64,000 nucleotides of DNA, taken from Cetorhinus maximus (lineage: Eukaryota). Below are positions 61,055 through 64,000 of this stretch, in pieces (positions within the stretch are counted from its first letter, which is position 1; each line of letters starts with the position of its first letter). Under the pieces are notes generated by a model that saw only the letters and a program-made list of their open reading frames with translations, was not told the DNA's origin and did not search any database. The DNA lies in assembly GCF_964194155.1 (NCBI RefSeq), contig NC_135915.1, positions 4,154,001 to 4,218,000 of the forward strand, in the 5' to 3' direction. The position numbers were made by a program, and so were the translations under genes.

Positions 61055-64000
61055 CCTCTCCCACTTTCTCGCTCTCTCTGTCCCCCTTTCTCACTGTTTC
61101 TCTCGCTGTGTCTCAAAATCTCATATCTCTTCCTCCCTTTGTCTCGCTCTCTAGGTGCATTTCCACTTTTCTCTCAATTCTCTCTCTCTTTCTCTCTCTC
61201 TCTTTCTCTTTCTCTTTCTCTCGCACAGTGTCAAACAGATTGCCTCCCTACTTCTTCATCTTTCCTTCTCTCATTTTCTCTGCCTGTCTCTCTCCCCCCC
61301 TCTCTCTCTCTCTCTATGCCTAACCATCCCTTTCTGTCCTATAAACTCTCTTTTTCTTCCTTTCCATCGCCCTGTCTCTCAGCCCTCGCTCTCTTTCTGT
61401 ACCAATATCTACGTATGTGTGTGTAGGTGTTTCTCTCTGTGTCTCTGCCTCTCACACCGTAAAATTCACCTTGTATCTTTCTCTCCATTTATCTCTCTTT
61501 CTCTCCTCTCTCTCTTTCAGCCTATCTCTGTCTCTGTTTCATTGTGTCTGTCTCTCTCTCCCTCTCTGTCTCAATCTCAAACTTTGTGTCTAACCCTGTT
61601 TCTCTCTTTGCCTCTCTCTCTCTATTTTCTCACCCCCTCACTCTTTTACAATCTCTTACTCTCTCTCTGTTTCACTCCCCCTCCCCCCCCCACCTTCCTC
61701 TCCCTCTCTGTCTCTCTCACGTCATTTCTAAATCTCAGTCCCTCCATCTCCCTCTGTCTCCCTCACTCGGTGCACTCGCGCCTCTCTCTCAATTATCTTT
61801 CTCTCACTATCTGTATCTGCCTCTCTCTCTGCCTCACACTCTCTTTCTCTCCCAGAAATTCACTCTTTCTCTCTCATTCGATCTCCCTCTCTCAGCCCTC
61901 TCTCTCTTTTCTGTGTCAGTGTATAAGTGTGTGTATGTGTGTGCGTACGCGTGTTTCTCTGCCGCTGTCTCTGCAGCAAAGACTGTATAATTCCCTCTGT
62001 CTCTTTCGCTCCAACTCTCTCCCTCTCTTTCTCTCTCTCTCCCTCCGTCTATCTCTCACTCTATCTCTCTGCCTCATTCTCCGTCTCCCTCTCTCTCCCT
62101 ACCTATCCCTCACACTTTCTGTCTAACTCTGTCTATCTATTTGCCTCATTCTCTCTTTCTGTCCCCTTTTACACTCTCTCTCTCTCTGCCTCACCCTCTC
62201 TTTCTCTCCCAGAAATTCTCTCTTTTTCTCCCATTCAGGCTGCCTCTCTCTCAGCCCTCGCTCTCTTTTCTGTATCAGTGTGTACGTGTGTTGTGTTTGT
62301 GCACGTGTTTCTCTGCCTCTGTCTCTGCTTCTCACGCTCGAAAATATCCTTTGTCTCTTTCTCTCCAACTCTCTTCCTCTCTCTCATCGTTCTCTCTCTC
62401 TCTCTTTCACTCCGTCTATCTCTCACTCTAATGCTCTGTCTCATTCTCTCTCTACTTCTCCCTCGCACTTGCTGGTCTAACTCTGTCTCTCTCTTTGCCT
62501 CTCTCACTTTTTCTGTCCCCTCCCTCTTTTTGAATGACTCTCTCTCTCTTTCTCTCCGTGAATCTTTCGCTGTGGGCTCAAAATCTCAGCTGTCCTTCTC
62601 TCTCTCTCTTCCGCCATTGGTACGTTTCCGCCTCTCTCTCTATTCTCTCCCTCTCTCTCTCGTTCTCTTTCTCTTGCACACTGTCAAATAGTCTGCCCTT
62701 CTCCTACTTCCTCTTTCATTCCCTCATTTTATCTGCCTGTCTCTCTCTATCTCTCCCTCTCTCTGCCTCACCCTGTATTTCTCTCCTAGAAAAAGTTTAT
62801 TTTTCTCCTTTTGGTCGCCCTCTCTCCCTCTCAGCCCTCTCTCTCTTCTGTGTCAGTGTCTTCGTGTGTGCGTGTGTACGTGTTTCTCTCTCTCTCTCTG
62901 CCTCTCACACACTAAAATACAATTAGTATTTTTCCCTCCATCTCGCTCTCTCTCTCCTCTCTCTCTCTGTGCCCATCTCTCACACTGTCCGTCTGTCACA
63001 TTCTCTCTCTGTATCTCTCTCTCTCTTTCACTGTCTCACTCTCACACGCTGTGCCTAACTCTGTGTCTCTCTTTGCCCCCTCTCTCTCTCTCTCTTTCTT
63101 TTCTCACCCTTTTCTCTCTGTTTCAATGTCTCACTCTCTCTCTATACCTCACTCCCTCCCCCTCTCACTACCTCTCTCTCTCTTTCTCTCTGGCTGTGTC
63201 TCTAAATCTCACTCCCTCCGTCTCCCTCTGTCCCCCTCATTCAGTTCATTCACGCCTCTCTCTCCCTCTCTTTCACTTTCTCTCTCTCTGAGACTGTGTA
63301 TGTGTGTCCATGGATATCTATTTCTCTCCCATCACGTTTCTCTGTCTCTTTCAACCTTTGCATGTATCTCTATCTGATTTTCCACATCTCTTGCTATCCT
63401 TGTCAGTACCTTTCCCTTTNNNNNNNNNNNNNNNNNNNNNNNNNNNNNNNNNNNNNNNNNNNNNNNNNNNNNNNNNNNNNNNNNNNNNNNNNNNNNNNNN
63501 NNNNNNNNNNNNNNNNNNNNNNNNNNNNNNNNNNNNNNNNNNNNNNNNNNNNNNNNNNNNNNNNNNNNNNNNNNNNNNNNNNNNNNNNNNNNNNNNNNNN
63601 NNNNNNNNNNNNNNNNNNNNNTCCGTCTATCCGTCTATCCGTCTATCCGTCTATCCGTCTATCCGTCNNNNNNNNNNNNNNNNNNNNNNNNNNNNNNNNN
63701 NNNNNNNNNNNNNNNNNNNNNNNNNNNNNNNNNNNNNNNNNNNNNNNNNNNNNNNNNNNNNNNNNNNNNNNNNNNNNNNNNNNNNNNNNNNNNNNNNNNN
63801 NNNNNNNNNNNNNNNNNNNNNNNNNNNNNNNNNNNNNNNNNNNNNNNNNNNNNNNNNNNNNNNNNNNNNNNNNNNNNNNATCTCTCTGTCTATTCGTATA
63901 TCTACCTACCTGTCTGTCTGCCTGTCCATCTCCCTTCCTGCCTGCCTACCTGTCATCCATTCTATTAATTTATCTATCTATCGTTATCTTTATGTTTCAC
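59030..64000. repeat. CT-rich low-complexity tract upstream of GPCR B, with assembly gaps
   Basis: Polypyrimidine strand; N runs at 59649-59934, 63420-63621 and 63668-63879. Confidence 0.95.

Larger units (their letters stand above)
41033..64000 (+). repeat. Segmental duplication copy B (GPCR cassette)
   Basis: Colinear with 1-20777, with many substitutions and several copy-specific indels and insertions. Confidence 0.95.

Noticed and set aside
63622-63667. Perfect (TCCGTCTA)n repeat
   Set aside because: A tiny fragment between two N gaps; may be a gap-filling artefact.

Overview
Repeat-rich vertebrate DNA, most likely a cartilaginous fish (inferred from the CR1/Penelope repeat landscape and the GPCR type). 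The window holds two diverged copies of a segmental duplication, offset by about 41 kb: copy A at 1-~20.8 kb and copy B at ~41.0-64.0 kb. Each copy carries an intact two-exon, minus-strand, GPR139-like class A GPCR gene. Each gene has a 64-nt coding exon 1 that the ORF track misses, a ~10.6-kb TE-filled phase-1 intron and a TATA-containing promoter. The two receptors differ mainly in the extracellular half and predicted ligand pocket, and copy A has gained a 42-aa C-terminal tail. Between the copies lie a CpG-rich island and a decayed, apparently intron-poor MROH/maestro HEAT-repeat pseudogene that runs into a 24-bp (octapeptide) repeat. The spacer also has Vingi-like, Gypsy, CR1 and Penelope relics. 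Several Penelope-derived elements carry hammerhead-ribozyme-like motifs, some in fold-back arrangements flanked by target-site duplications. Other features are a CCAAT-box array 3' of each GPCR, 32/40/84-bp minisatellites, long CT/CA low-complexity tracts and assembly gaps. Family assignments come from motif recognition by eye, not database searches; repeat boundaries are approximate.
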